Source: Heterodontus francisci (Eukaryota). Taken from it: 64,000 nt of DNA. Below the pieces are notes generated by a model that was not told the DNA's origin, made no database searches, and saw only the letters and a program-made list of their open reading frames with translations. Position 1 is the first letter of the stretch; each line of letters opens with the position of its first letter. The DNA lies in assembly GCF_036365525.1 (NCBI RefSeq), contig NC_090403.1, positions 54,375,095-54,439,094 on the forward strand, given 5' to 3'. Positions 37,201 through 49,200 of this stretch are shown piece by piece. The position numbers were made by a program, and so were the translations under genes.

Positions 37201-39079
37201 GCTGTACTCAGTAACTTCGGTCGATGATACTTTTACAACGCTGGTGCTTTCAGCTCCTCGTCAGCTGACCTATCCCATAATATTGAAGCATAGAATGGAA
37301 ATATGCAGCCCAAGAATCATTAGTTTTTCTGCAACACTGCCTGATTGAAAGACTATATAGGAGCACATTGTTTTTCTATATTAGAGATAGAGAGACAGAC
37401 AGAGTGATGTATAGATAAATTAACAATAGGTAGAGAAAGTCGATGATAGAAAGATGCATAATTGGCATATGAATATGTAAAGTTACAATACTGTTATATA
37501 TTGAATATATTAGTTATGACAGTATTTGGATAGACTTGCATTGGCATGGATAACCAACAGTTTAATTTACATCTTGCATTCCAACAAGTTCTGTTTTAAC
37601 TTTTAAACTGTTGTGAGCGCGTAAACTCTGTTGATTCGGATCAGACTTACGGTTCTGCAGGGACATTCCGAGTGTTAACCCAAAATAAGCCATTTGTAAA
37701 TAATTAAAATGCGTGATTAGATTTAGTATGCTTTGGGAGATCTGCCAAGGTGAGATAGATCAATTGTAAATTATTTTGACTACTTCGCAAAATCAAAAAT
37801 ATCAGACCCGTTGGAAAGGAAAATGGTTCTGCATTACAATACTGGGTTCCATATTTCTTGGCGACAGGAAATAACTTGTTTTCAATTGTCACAAATCAAC
37901 CCTAACACATAAAAATAATGTAGGTTTACTATAATTCATTATTACGTTGTTCTATTAGCGGTTTAAAACTAAATGATCAGTTTGAAAATATGAGCATCAA
38001 TTACAATATTTTCCCTCAAGTTTATACTCGATTTTAGAATATAATGTCAACTGTTTGTAAATCATTTCAACTATATATATATACATATATATCAAATCTA
38101 CATATATCATGTATTTTATGATAAAGAGAAAATGTATTGGAAGCAACTTCATTCTTGACTTTATAGCGAGCTTCGTGCAATCTCGCATGAACCGTTTACC
38201 AGGATTCACTATACTTGCTTTCACTGAGAAACCATTGCACCTGGGTTGGAAACTAAAACACTTTTAGTGAGGTCAAATTTGCGGTGCGACTTGTCATCCA
38301 ATAACAAATAGTCCATAATATTTTTATATTAAGTGTTGTTGCTTTGTATAGAAGATGTTTCATGTTTAAAATAGTAAGCGGGAATGGAGCGTCCACTTCA
38401 GAAAACCTATATTTTACTGCTCCGCACAGAGCGTCTCGTAAAAACACTAACTGCCGTTCACTGCATGTTATAAACAATAACAGGCTGTGCTTTTATTACG
38501 CTTTATAGTTCCTTAATCTCTTTCCTATAGTTCTCAGATGACTGTTACTGTTCCAGAGTCCGTCCAAAGTACCAGATAAAAGGCTTTATTAATAATAGGA
38601 AAACGGATCATTAAATTGTTAAATACCATTAGATTAACCTATTCCTTAAGATAAAACATTTTTTTAAAATCTCAAATAATTTGCGTTTGACTGCTACTGG
38701 ACATGTCACTACGCTGCAATAACTTGGGAGGAAAAATAGCAATTAGATCCAAAGTTGATAGCAATTAGGTTTTCGGTTTGGTACTGTACTTCCACGTCTT
38801 GTTGATGTAACTCTGACCTTTAAAAGAGACGCATATTCTCATTAAATGGTTTGGAAATTAACGTCTAAATGTCTATCCTTTACTTCACAACAGCGTGGAT
38901 ACTTCCCCTTATCAATCTTTTGGTGGCGTATGTATTTCATCTGTTGTAAAGCGGCTGATATCCCGGTAATGAACATGGTTGAATATATTAATCCGCATAT
39001 TCCCCCCTCTCTATCTTTCTCTCATTCCCTCTCTCTCTCTCACCATTCCCTTTTCACGCGGTGCAGTGTCCGTACGGAG

Positions 39080-39200
39080 TAAGCGAAGCCAATAGGACGT
39101 GGTTGAGGTAATAAATGCAAATTATCATGAAAAGAGACGGCAAAATATGAAACAACTCATTTGGGCTGAAGTAAATCACAGAAAACTGTTTATGAGTGAA
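39080..39200 (+). promoter_or_regulatory. HoxB8 proximal promoter block
   Basis: GCCAATAG, octamer ATGCAAAT, GTAAATCA (PBX-HOX reverse) and TTTATG within 120 bp, ~150-270 bp upstream of the ATG. Confidence 0.5.
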
Positions 39201-39350
39201 CCTCTTCACGAAGATGTGATACCAGGACACTATATGTTGAGATCAATAAGATGAAGGCTTAATTTAAAAAAAAAATCTTGGCTTGTTTGTTTGTCTGATT
39301 ACCAAACACTAACTTTCCTCGGTTGAGCAGAAAGATCCTAGTCCTTCCCA

Positions 39351-39777
39351 ATGAGCTCCTACTTTGTGAATTCGCTGTTTTCCAAGTATAAAGGTGGGGA
39401 GACTCTGCGCCCCAATTATTATGACTGTGGGTTTACCCAGGACCTGGGCGGCAGACCCACCGTGGTTTATGGACCCGGCACCGGGAGCAGCTTCCAACAT
39501 CCCAGCCAGATCCAGGATTTTTACCACCACGGCGCAGCTACCCTCTCCACCTCCGCCTACCAACAAAATCCGTGTGCGGTGACGTGTCACGGGGATGCCG
39601 GCAGTTTCTACGGCTACGATGCCCTGCAAAGGCAGCCAATATTCGCCGCCCAACAAGAGGCCGAGCTGATCCAATATCCCGATTGCAAGTCGACGGCGAA
39701 CAGCCTAGGAGAAGAAGCAGAGAATTCAGAACAGAGTTCATCTCCGACACAGCTGTTCCCGTGGATGAGACCACAAG
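39351..39777 (+). CDS. HOXB8: Homeobox protein Hox-B8, exon 1
   Basis: [42 protein letters not shown]... with hexapeptide LFPWMRPQ. Donor CAAG|GTGAGG. Confidence 0.96.
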
Positions 39778-40158
39778 GTGAGGCTTTGACGTGGGCCAGC
39801 AAGAAATAAAAGAGGCAGACAGAAAGGAAGGGATAAAACACACACAAATTTTAAAACGCAGAAAGGTTCATTTCCTGAGCCAATAAAGGAAACGTTGAAA
39901 CTTTAGTGTTTTATGATTCTAAAGTTCAATACTTGTAAATTACTTTATACTTTAATGATCCTGAAGCAGTTTTTTAAGTGTGGTATATTGCGTGCTGTTT
40001 GTAGTTTTATTGCAGTTTTATGGCGTATTTTCTTCCTACGGTGTTGAATACTGTTTAATAGTGTTTGAATCTTGTTTTAGAACTCTCCGTGTAACAACTA
40101 CAAAGCCTCATTGAGCTTTCTCTCTTGGTTCCTCCCTCTCTCTCCCTCTGTATCCTAG

Positions 40159-40436
40159 TAGCAGCAGGGCGGCGTAGAGGGAGACAAACATACAGTCGCT
40201 ATCAGACACTAGAACTTGAAAAAGAATTTTTGTTCAATCCATATCTGACTCGCAAACGGCGGATCGAAGTGTCACACGCCCTGGGACTGACCGAGAGGCA
40301 GGTCAAAATTTGGTTCCAGAACAGAAGAATGAAGTGGAAGAAGGAAAATAACAAAGATAAGTTTCCCAGCAGTAAATCCGAAATAGAAGAGACTCCAAAG
40401 GAGAAGGACGGAAAAGAAGATGAAGAAAAAGATTAA
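40159..40436 (+). CDS. HOXB8: Homeobox protein Hox-B8, exon 2 (5' boundary ambiguous: 40159/40162/40165/40168)
   Basis: [70 protein letters not shown] (PG8). The acceptor region reads TAG-TAG-CAG-CAG. Confidence 0.95.
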
Positions 40437-40802
40437 TAATAATAATAATAATTTAAGACATAAAACGTTAACTCGAGGGGCAATGAATAGAATAATGTTG
40501 ACAGTTTTTAAATAGTGCGGGTGTGAGAAGCAGAACCAATTTTACTGATCACTGTTTGATATACAATATTGTACGCAAATGTATGAAGGTGTAGATTAAA
40601 ACGAGTACTTCAACTTTTTACCAGATATATACATGTGGTTGTGTAGCACTCTAGTTATTTTAAGTGGATTCTTGTAAAAGTATTTAATGTGAAGTTCATA
40701 GATCAATGTTCTAGCGTGTATGTGTGTGTTTTAAAATACTGCTGTAGAACATTTAAGCCGCGTGCACTACTTCAGCTAATAACTATTAGCTTAAAGAAAA
40801 AT

Positions 40803-40824
40803 CCCGACAACATGAAGCTGCCTA
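40803..40824 (+). promoter_or_regulatory. Near-perfect miR-196 target site in the HoxB8 3'UTR
   Basis: CCCGACAACATGAAGCTGCCTA versus the perfect complement CCCAACAACATGAAACTACCTA: 19 Watson-Crick and 3 G:U pairs. Candidate polyA signal AATAAA downstream at 41139-41144. Confidence 0.93.
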
Positions 40825-41003
40825 TTTAATCTGTAGCTACTTTAGATTGTGTTATTGTTTACGTCTTTGTTGTATTTATAAGATTGCTTTCTCCAAATTG
40901 GCATGTGCAGAAGTAAAGGCTTTTTTTTTACAAAACAAGACGAAACTGATACTTAAGTTTTAACTGTGAGAAAAGTCTACTGTATACGTGAATTGCTTTT
41001 ATT

Positions 41004-41048
41004 GGGGGTGGGGGTGGGGGTGGGGGTGGGGTGGGGGGGGGGGGGGGG
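41004..41048 (+). repeat. (GGGGGT)n / poly-G tract in the HoxB8 3'UTR
   Basis: Seen directly. It has many G-runs of 4 or more, so it can form a G-quadruplex. Confidence 0.8.
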
Positions 41049-41904
41049 TTGTTAGTGGGAGAGATGAACCGGTGATGCATTAATGTTATACACGAGATTG
41101 GGCTATTGTTTGAACATGCAAGCGGCGGAAAAGGGTACAATAAACTTTACAAGCGAAAACAGAACTGTGAAATTGCTCGGCTTTTTTTTGAAATAGAATT
41201 TATTAGAATGAAAAGATTTGGCAAAAAGAAACTGTGCATATTGTGTCGCGATAGACAAATAGATGGATGGATAGTTAATATTGTTGAGAACTGAGCATTA
41301 AAATATCAATAACACATAGCAATCGCACCTGACTCAATTTGTCTTTGTGACTTTTTTATTAGTGACCTGTTTATGTTTGCAGTTCACTTGACTCATTTGC
41401 ACTCATAATTCCTTCCTCCCTCCCACCCCACCGCTTCCCCGCCCCCTCCTCCTCCCCCCACCCCCCCAAAAAAAGAACAAGTTGAAGTTCGTTGTGGAAT
41501 AGCTGTGGCTAATATAGTGGGCACATATCGTTTAGTTTGTTTGTGTATAAACTACTGTTGTAGTTTTGGAAAAACAGATCCTAAGAACTCTCCACCGGCC
41601 AGAGATCCATAGGGTAAGGTAGGTATCGATTATAAGAACTTACAGCGCGAGATGCTAGAACGCAACCGAAGCAAAAGAAAGCTGTTTTGACAAATGTGTT
41701 TTCCACTGCAAGCTGAATGCAAGCTACAGAAAGCGAATCGATTTATTTAAATTCCCATCTAAATGATCGATCAACCCAGCCTATAAACTCAAATTGCATC
41801 CTATTCACCTTGTATTTAAAGTTGGTCACATTATGACTTGGATGCAGGAATTTTTCTTTTGATGCGAGAATTTTTTTTATCATCCAAAGAAGCTGCGGGT
41901 AGCC

Positions 41905-42065
41905 TGGTTTTCATTGGCCCACCGTGTCACGTGCTGGTATCACGTGCATCAGAAGGAAAAAGGGGGTTCTTTTGGTGTAAATCTGGACTCTAATTCCGTA
42001 ATATATCACCGTACCTCGTAAAACCGACACTGAAACGTCCCGGCCTACAAATCAACGGCCAAATT
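41905..42065 (+). promoter_or_regulatory. HoxB7 proximal promoter/5'UTR
   Basis: ATTGG (41913), two CACGTG E-boxes (41928, 41941), GGTGTAAATC, CTCGTAAAAC and ACAAATCA just before the ATG. Confidence 0.65.
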
Positions 42066-42465
42066 ATGAGTTCATTGTATTATGCGAATGCTTTATTTTC
42101 GAAATATACAGCCGGAACTTCTGTTTTTCCAACGGGGGTATTTTCGGAACCAACTTCTTGCGCCTTTGCCTCAAACTCCCAGCGGTCGGGCTATGGCTCA
42201 GGGTCGGCTTCTTACGCGGCCACTGTGCCGGGTTTATACAGCACAGCCAACAGCCTCCACCACCAGACCCCGACTATGTACACGTCTCCTTATGGCCTCA
42301 ACGCGAACTCATTTAACATGCACTGTTCTTCATTCGATCACAATATCTCATCACTGATGTGCGGCGCTGGGGAGTCCTGCAAGCAGAGTTGCAGCAAGTC
42401 GGAGCAAAAAGAGACAGACCCCCAGTCCGAGAACTTCCGGATCTACCCTTGGATGAAGAGCTCAG
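42066..42465 (+). CDS. HOXB7: Homeobox protein Hox-B7, exon 1
   Basis: MSSLYYANALFSKY...SENFRIYPWMKSS. Donor TCAG|GTATGT. Confidence 0.96.
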
Positions 42466-43872
42466 GTATGTGAAAAGTCACATGAAATGAATTCTCTTAG
42501 AGGTACCGTCAATTATTTTATTGCATTAAGGTGTCGTGTTCATTTATGACGTTTGCGAAACGGGTATAAAATGCAATGCACTCCCCCCCCCCATAAGCAA
42601 TCAAGTCGCTGGTTTGGATGTATATTAGCTTCATGTGACAAATTGTCAAAGCCACTTTAAAATAAGATATAAACTAGAGGACCGCAAAGTTATGCATTGT
42701 AGGACAACTATATTTGCACACTTCAAATAAACATTTATTCTTGTTCTCGGACATCTTCGCCATTCTGTGCTCTTAATTCCAACAAAAGCAGCATTGAACC
42801 CGGAATATCCCATGAGACTTAACTCGCCTTTTTCCTTTTTCTGTTTTTTAAATCATTAATTGCAATTCCTCTTCTGTTCAAAGTTTCTTTCCGTCTTTCC
42901 AAGTTGCAACGTGCTTTGGGTGTTGTGGATGTGGTTGGGGGGGGGGGTAATTGGAGGGGGGTAATTGGAGCGGGGGTGCTGGAGGAGGGTAATTGGAGTT
43001 GGGGGGGGGGGGGGGGTTGCTGGTGACTGAAACGGAATACATCAGGGAGGGCAAGAAGATGACAAATGGAGGCTACAAAAAGTGCGCAAAAACTAGCATT
43101 AAATATTTATAAAGACATTTCAGTTCAATGGGAATTACTTAAATGCGCAGCATACCGTTGTTTTGGCCCAGTCAAACCAATGCGGCAGTTTGTACTAGTG
43201 TAACATGTGAGGTAAGGAGAGGTGGGGGACAGCCCTTAGCACCATTATCCCCTTTTAGCAGCTCTTTTCAATCAGGTAGCGAGAGGCATGTTTCTCTGCC
43301 TATTCCATATTTGTATTATTTTCTCCCGTATGTTGGTGAATTGCAAAGCTGGGGACCCTTTACTGAATTTGGAGACTGGTGCTTTCCAACACAAGTGTAT
43401 CACCGTGTTATGCTTTAAAATAAATCGCAGTATCCATTTTCTAGCTACCTGTCAGTTTCAGGTTACATAACATTAATTCACCAAATGCAGAGAGCGGTGA
43501 GGATGTAGGACAATGATCATCTATCAATAGATTATAATTGTTAAACTAATACAAGCATCCTTGTTTAAAAATAATAGTCAAATAGAAAATTAAAGTCAAT
43601 ATGTTTTGAGTTTCATTACATGACAGTTGCTTCAGGCCTGTAAGTGCTGTGTAAACAGTGTAAATACTTCCCCATACAGAGCCATCCGCCCTCCTTCTTT
43701 ATGAAGCATTAATACAAACTTTATATTGATTGTAATCAGCTAGTTTCCGACAGTAATTTATTGTATCTGTCAAGGGGATATTCTGGATAATATGTTAAAA
43801 TTAGTGGCTACAGTGTAATGTAGGAAAGGGCAATGTGAAATTTTTAGAGGGTTAATGCTGCATTGTTTGTGA

Positions 43873-44157
<285 letters not shown>

Positions 44158-44242
44158 AGAAAAAACAAACTTCTTAAAACTTAAAAGACATTTTTTTTAA
44201 GTGGAGCGATTTGTTCCTCGTTTCTTAACACTGAAACAGAAT

Positions 44243-44250
44243 ACTACCTA
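44243..44250 (+). promoter_or_regulatory. miR-196 8mer seed site in the HoxB7 3'UTR
   Basis: ACTACCTA about 85 nt after the stop codon and upstream of AATAAA at 44699. Confidence 0.7.
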
Positions 44251-45954
44251 AATCTGTAACGGTTTTACTTGTAGTTTGTTTTGTACAGATTAGAGGGAAT
44301 AACCCAAATCTATATTGTACAAGTACAGTCATATACAGTCTGTGCGTTAGCCTTTTTGATGTGGTGAATTGATCGTTACTGTAATTAGCTTTGCTTTACC
44401 TAATGTATTTAAAGGAAAGCAGTGTCAGTGACTTTATATTTGTTACTGTATCGATGTAATTTCTTGTCATTAAGAATAGTTTCCAAAAGGAGATGTGTGT
44501 AGTCACAATTCGTGTACATATTATTGATATGTGTCCCGTATAAACTCCTGTTATAGTTAAATATATAAAAATGGTGTTCTGGTGGATGTGTTGAGTGTAA
44601 CTTCTCTGTACATTTTTTAATATTTAAATATGGACCATTTATGTTTGCTCTGTTGAGATTTCGCGCTATAGCCATGAAGGATGTAAGCTGTTCTGTGAAA
44701 TAAAATTAGGATTTTTTTCGTTATTGTGTTTCTCTATCAAAATTGATATTTTGTACAACACACGCACACCGACACGCAGAAACACCAGGAATCACACCTT
44801 ATTCCTCAACGAAAATATATCAAGCCGAGACTGCGTTTATGAGTCTATCAGAATGACCCACCTAAAGGAATATTTTCTCTCTGACCCATTCCGAGTTTTG
44901 CGCTCTGATGTATAGCACTCGAGTCTTTAACACTAACTCTTCTGATTAAACAATTCCACGCAACAAAGGCACTGGAACCATCCCGAACGTCTTCGTGGGA
45001 GTTGTAAACCTATCTATGTCTAACTAACGATACACCACTCTGTGAAGAGAATGTAATTGGGTTAGGTGTCGAATGACAAGACAGTGCATTTCAACAGTTT
45101 AACAGTTGCAAAATTACTCTTAATTGATGCATTTAATTTGTGCATTGTACGTAAATGCCCTTTATGTTTCGAACATACGTGTTCTTCGCCAATGAAAAAT
45201 TTTAGTCGGAAAGCGGGGTTAAATATTCTTCCAACACAGACTGGAAATATATGAAATGGTTACTACCATTTTGACATACAAACGATTGCAATTTTTATAT
45301 ATTAATTAACTAGTTCTGATATTTAAAATATTTAAACGTTCTCTTATTGTGTGCTAGGCGTATTGCATCATGTCGATAGTGGAATTAAGTCCAGTCAATT
45401 AAGCCAAGATTCAGGTCGGTTTACCCTCGTTCTTGTCCTTTTCAAGACAGGGTGTATAGGAGGAATGAATCCTTCTGATTTGATCAAAGAATCGGTTTAT
45501 TATTGTATTAAAGAGACACGTGTTGTCCCTTCAAAGTTAAATATCAGAGTAATGTGGAAAACATTTAATTTAGGGAAAATAATTCGTCGAACTGTGAAAG
45601 TCAGCTTTTAAAATGAAACTAGGTAAATTTCGTTAAACGGAATGTTTTATTCACTTATGGCAAATTAAATTAATAATTTGACATCATATGTTTCTGTTGG
45701 TTTCATGTAAATTGCACGAATAGCAGAGACACAGAAAGAGAAAAAGTATAAAACGGTGTTATTTTCGCAAAAGCGATTTTATGAGTTTATGTAGCTATTT
45801 TTCTTTCTATAGAAAGGAAGAGGTGAATATGGGAAGCAGACAGAGAATGGGGCTTTAGTTAATCTACTATAGAATAAAAAAGACAACCCATGCAAACCGT
45901 GCCATTTTGTAAGAAAACATTTAATAAAAGTATTCTTTTTGCCATTTTGCTTTA

Positions 45955-46160
45955 GCACAAAACATGGCGGCGAGGGGGCCTGTTGTTGGTAGTCATGAAG
46001 AAATGCAATAAATTCCTTGTTGTTTTATGAAAATTTACAACTTTGTGATAGAACTTTATGAGTGGATCGGTCTTTCGATTGGCCGCTGCCGGTCATGTGG
46101 ATAGCAACCGTGAACATGAACTTTTTATGATTTCCCATGTGAGTATATTGCAGTATTCTT
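45955..46160 (+). promoter_or_regulatory. Conserved-type Hox non-coding element/distal promoter between HoxB7 and HoxB6
   Basis: YY1-like AACATGGCGGC, GCAATAAA, GTTTTATGAAAATTTACAAC, ACTTTATG, GATTGGCC, GTCATGTG, ACTTTTTATG and TATATT. I recall this architecture from the equivalent interval of other vertebrate Hox clusters. Confidence 0.65.
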
Positions 46161-46270
46161 TTGGCCACCGTACCTTGGGTCGGTCCTGTGTCCTCCTCAG
46201 GGCTTCTATCTGTTTTTTTTTCAAACTTTGATAGTTACTATTGGAGGTGCAATCACACACATACGCAGAG

Positions 46271-46291
46271 ACACACACACACACACACACA
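46271..46291. repeat. (AC)n microsatellite
   Basis: About 10 AC units. Confidence 0.85.
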
Positions 46292-49200
46292 AAGTAAACA
46301 AGACTTTTTTGCCATCTACCACTTGTCTGTCGATTGGGAATTTCAGCAATGGATGGAGTGGCGCAAAGCTCAGTGATGTGGATGATATCATTTTTCAAAG
46401 AGGCTCGAATTCCGATTTCCCGTGCAAATGACTGATGCCTGAACCCCGGCTACTCTGCGGCCGCAGGTTAACCGACGGTTATCAGTTTGGGACAATATTG
46501 TCCGTGGAAAAAAATCGCGCTGGTTCCAAAGTGAAAGGAGGAAGATCGAAACAAAATCACAGATGCTGTTGTAAAGGTAAGACGAATATTTTCCCATGTT
46601 TTCCAATTGATTTTTTTTTACAATTGTATTAAATGATATTGTGCAGAATTACAGCCAAAATATCACACAGAAAATAGAGACTTGTTGACGCCAGTTGGAG
46701 AATATATATGTTGTATATATTGAGTCAGTGTTTAGAGACTACAATGTGAATAAGCTGTGAAAAGTTATTTCTTCAATTTAACTGGGACACTGTGGGTTTT
46801 GGATTTTTTTCTGCAAGCGATTCTGTTTCACAGATTTGTTATATAATTAGGGGACCAGTTATCCACTATAGCTGTGGCGTGTTGACGAATCTATAATTGT
46901 GTTCGGGGACGAATTCTGTTACATGGTAAGGTTAAATTAGCTTCGCGATTGTTAATCTTTTCTCGAGGGTCGGTCATTACGTGAATAATTTTATCAAGGA
47001 CATCAATTAGAACGGGCAGTGTCACTGATACCGACGCACTGACGTATTGTAATTGTGTTGTAACAGTAATATTTCCTCCTATTGTGTTTCATGATTGTTA
47101 ATAATTTGTTCTGAGTCGAGCACTCGGTGCTGGAGTTACAAATTCATACGTTTATGATATGCGACAGTTTTTTTTTCTGTTAGACAGCATTAGGGTTTCA
47201 GCTTACATTGTTAGTGGATAACAGTCCGATGATATAATATAAGATGGCGTTTAGATGACCGTGGTTTAGAATGTTTAGCAACCAAGAGGCCCAGTATTTC
47301 TGCATTGATATAATATAAATCTATCAGCGTTTTTGCTGGGGGGCGGGGAGGCGGGATTTGTTGCTCTCTGCTGCCACCTTGCGTTCCACTTGACCAAGGA
47401 AGTCGAAAAATAAGGAGCAAAAGAGACATGCTGCATTTTATCTGCACAATATGAAAACGATCTGAGCTGCATAATGAAGCACGGATGATGTATATATATA
47501 TCGTCGGTGTATGCGTGTGCATGCGCATTATGTATGTGTATATAAGATTAACTATAGGTTTGCAGTGATTTTCATTATTGGTTTGTGTGCATTTTAGCAG
47601 CAAATTAAATATTTGCTTTCCTTTTGTTTCTGTCTTTCTCATTGCAACAATTGCATTAACTAGAATGGAACTATTAATCTTTGTGATTTTATATTTTTGG
47701 CTATTTTTCAAAGAAAAAAATAAGCTCCGAGTATATGTAAAAGAAAAGATACAGTACTCAGTAATCTTGTCGCAGTGGTGTATCCGAATGTAATGTATTG
47801 TGATGGTCTGTTAGCGTCTCTGTCCCAAATGCCCTACTTTAATAGCAGCCAATTCGTATTAAACAGAAAAGCTTTAGATAAATTCCAGGGTTATTGAAGA
47901 AATCGAATTTTGTGTCAAAGTTAATCTACAACTGAGATTTGTAAAATTCCTGTACAGACAGATCTCATTGGAGCAAATTCCAAGCTACATCCAACTAACA
48001 GCAAATTGTTAGCAAGGCCAGAATTTGCTTTGCCTCCCCGGACAGACAGCAATGCTGCAAGTCAGTTCTGTTATGTGCAAGACCCGTCATTTGAAGCGTA
48101 ACCAGACCGGTTATAAACGAATTTCTGCCTTTAATGACCCGACCTATAAGCAATAAACACGAGCCACAGAACTTCCACTAACCCTTTAATTTTACCTTCC
48201 CACACTTTCAAAGAGGATTTAAACCCTCTCCCTAACAACGAGATGTTGAAATTGACACTGAAAGTAAATGGCGACCTTCCATGGCCAGGAAAAGGGAACA
48301 TAGTCGGGGTGGAGGAAATGTGCTCCGAAACAGTCATAATGTTATAATATTTGCCCTGCCTGGTTTTATAATTCCAACTCAGTTTAATCTGAATTTACTT
48401 TTTTACATAATTATGAATAAATAAAATAAAAAATGATTGAACGGCTTCCTTGTAACTTACATGGATGGAGGCGTTAAAATCATAAAATATCAGTCATTTT
48501 AAAAAAGAAACATTTGAGACAATGTCAACTTAAAGTTACAAATAAAATAAGCACTTCGTGACCAAATGCCTAAAAAATGTAAATAAAGAAAATAAATTAA
48601 AATTCAGATCGCAACTGATTTGAATCGGTTGTCTCTGAACATTAGTTATTTGAAAGGTTGCAACATATATGCAAACTCTTCATATCACTTTTCAAAGTTT
48701 TCTTGGAAATTAGAACAATGATTTTTTTTAAAAAAGAAAGTAAAAGTCTTAGCTCCAGATTTAAGTTGGAGACAATTGGTTTGAATAAAGTCTCTGCCGC
48801 TTCTACAAGCCATACCGGACTGGAAACCTCTCAGGTGGAATAGTTTTATCACTTGGCCTTTAATTATGTTTTCTCATCATGCTCAAACCGCCATGTTTCT
48901 AGGACAAGAAAACAACCCGCTTCTGAAAATGAACCGGTACCAAGACAGAAGTCTTTCTTTAATTTCTGCTGCCATGTGTTCACTAATCAGTTTATGATTC
49001 TTTGAAACAGATGTTTGAAACCAGGAAGTGGTGCCTTCCAGAGGAACTGCTAAAATAAATCCATAAAGTCCAACACAAACTCTCTGACACTTGTAGCATT
49101 TAATAGTTATAAATGATAAAATAATTATATCTATTTAAAATATATTAATGCGTTTTCGTATGAAGCGAAAATGACTAAAACTTTTTTTAAAACTCGCTAT

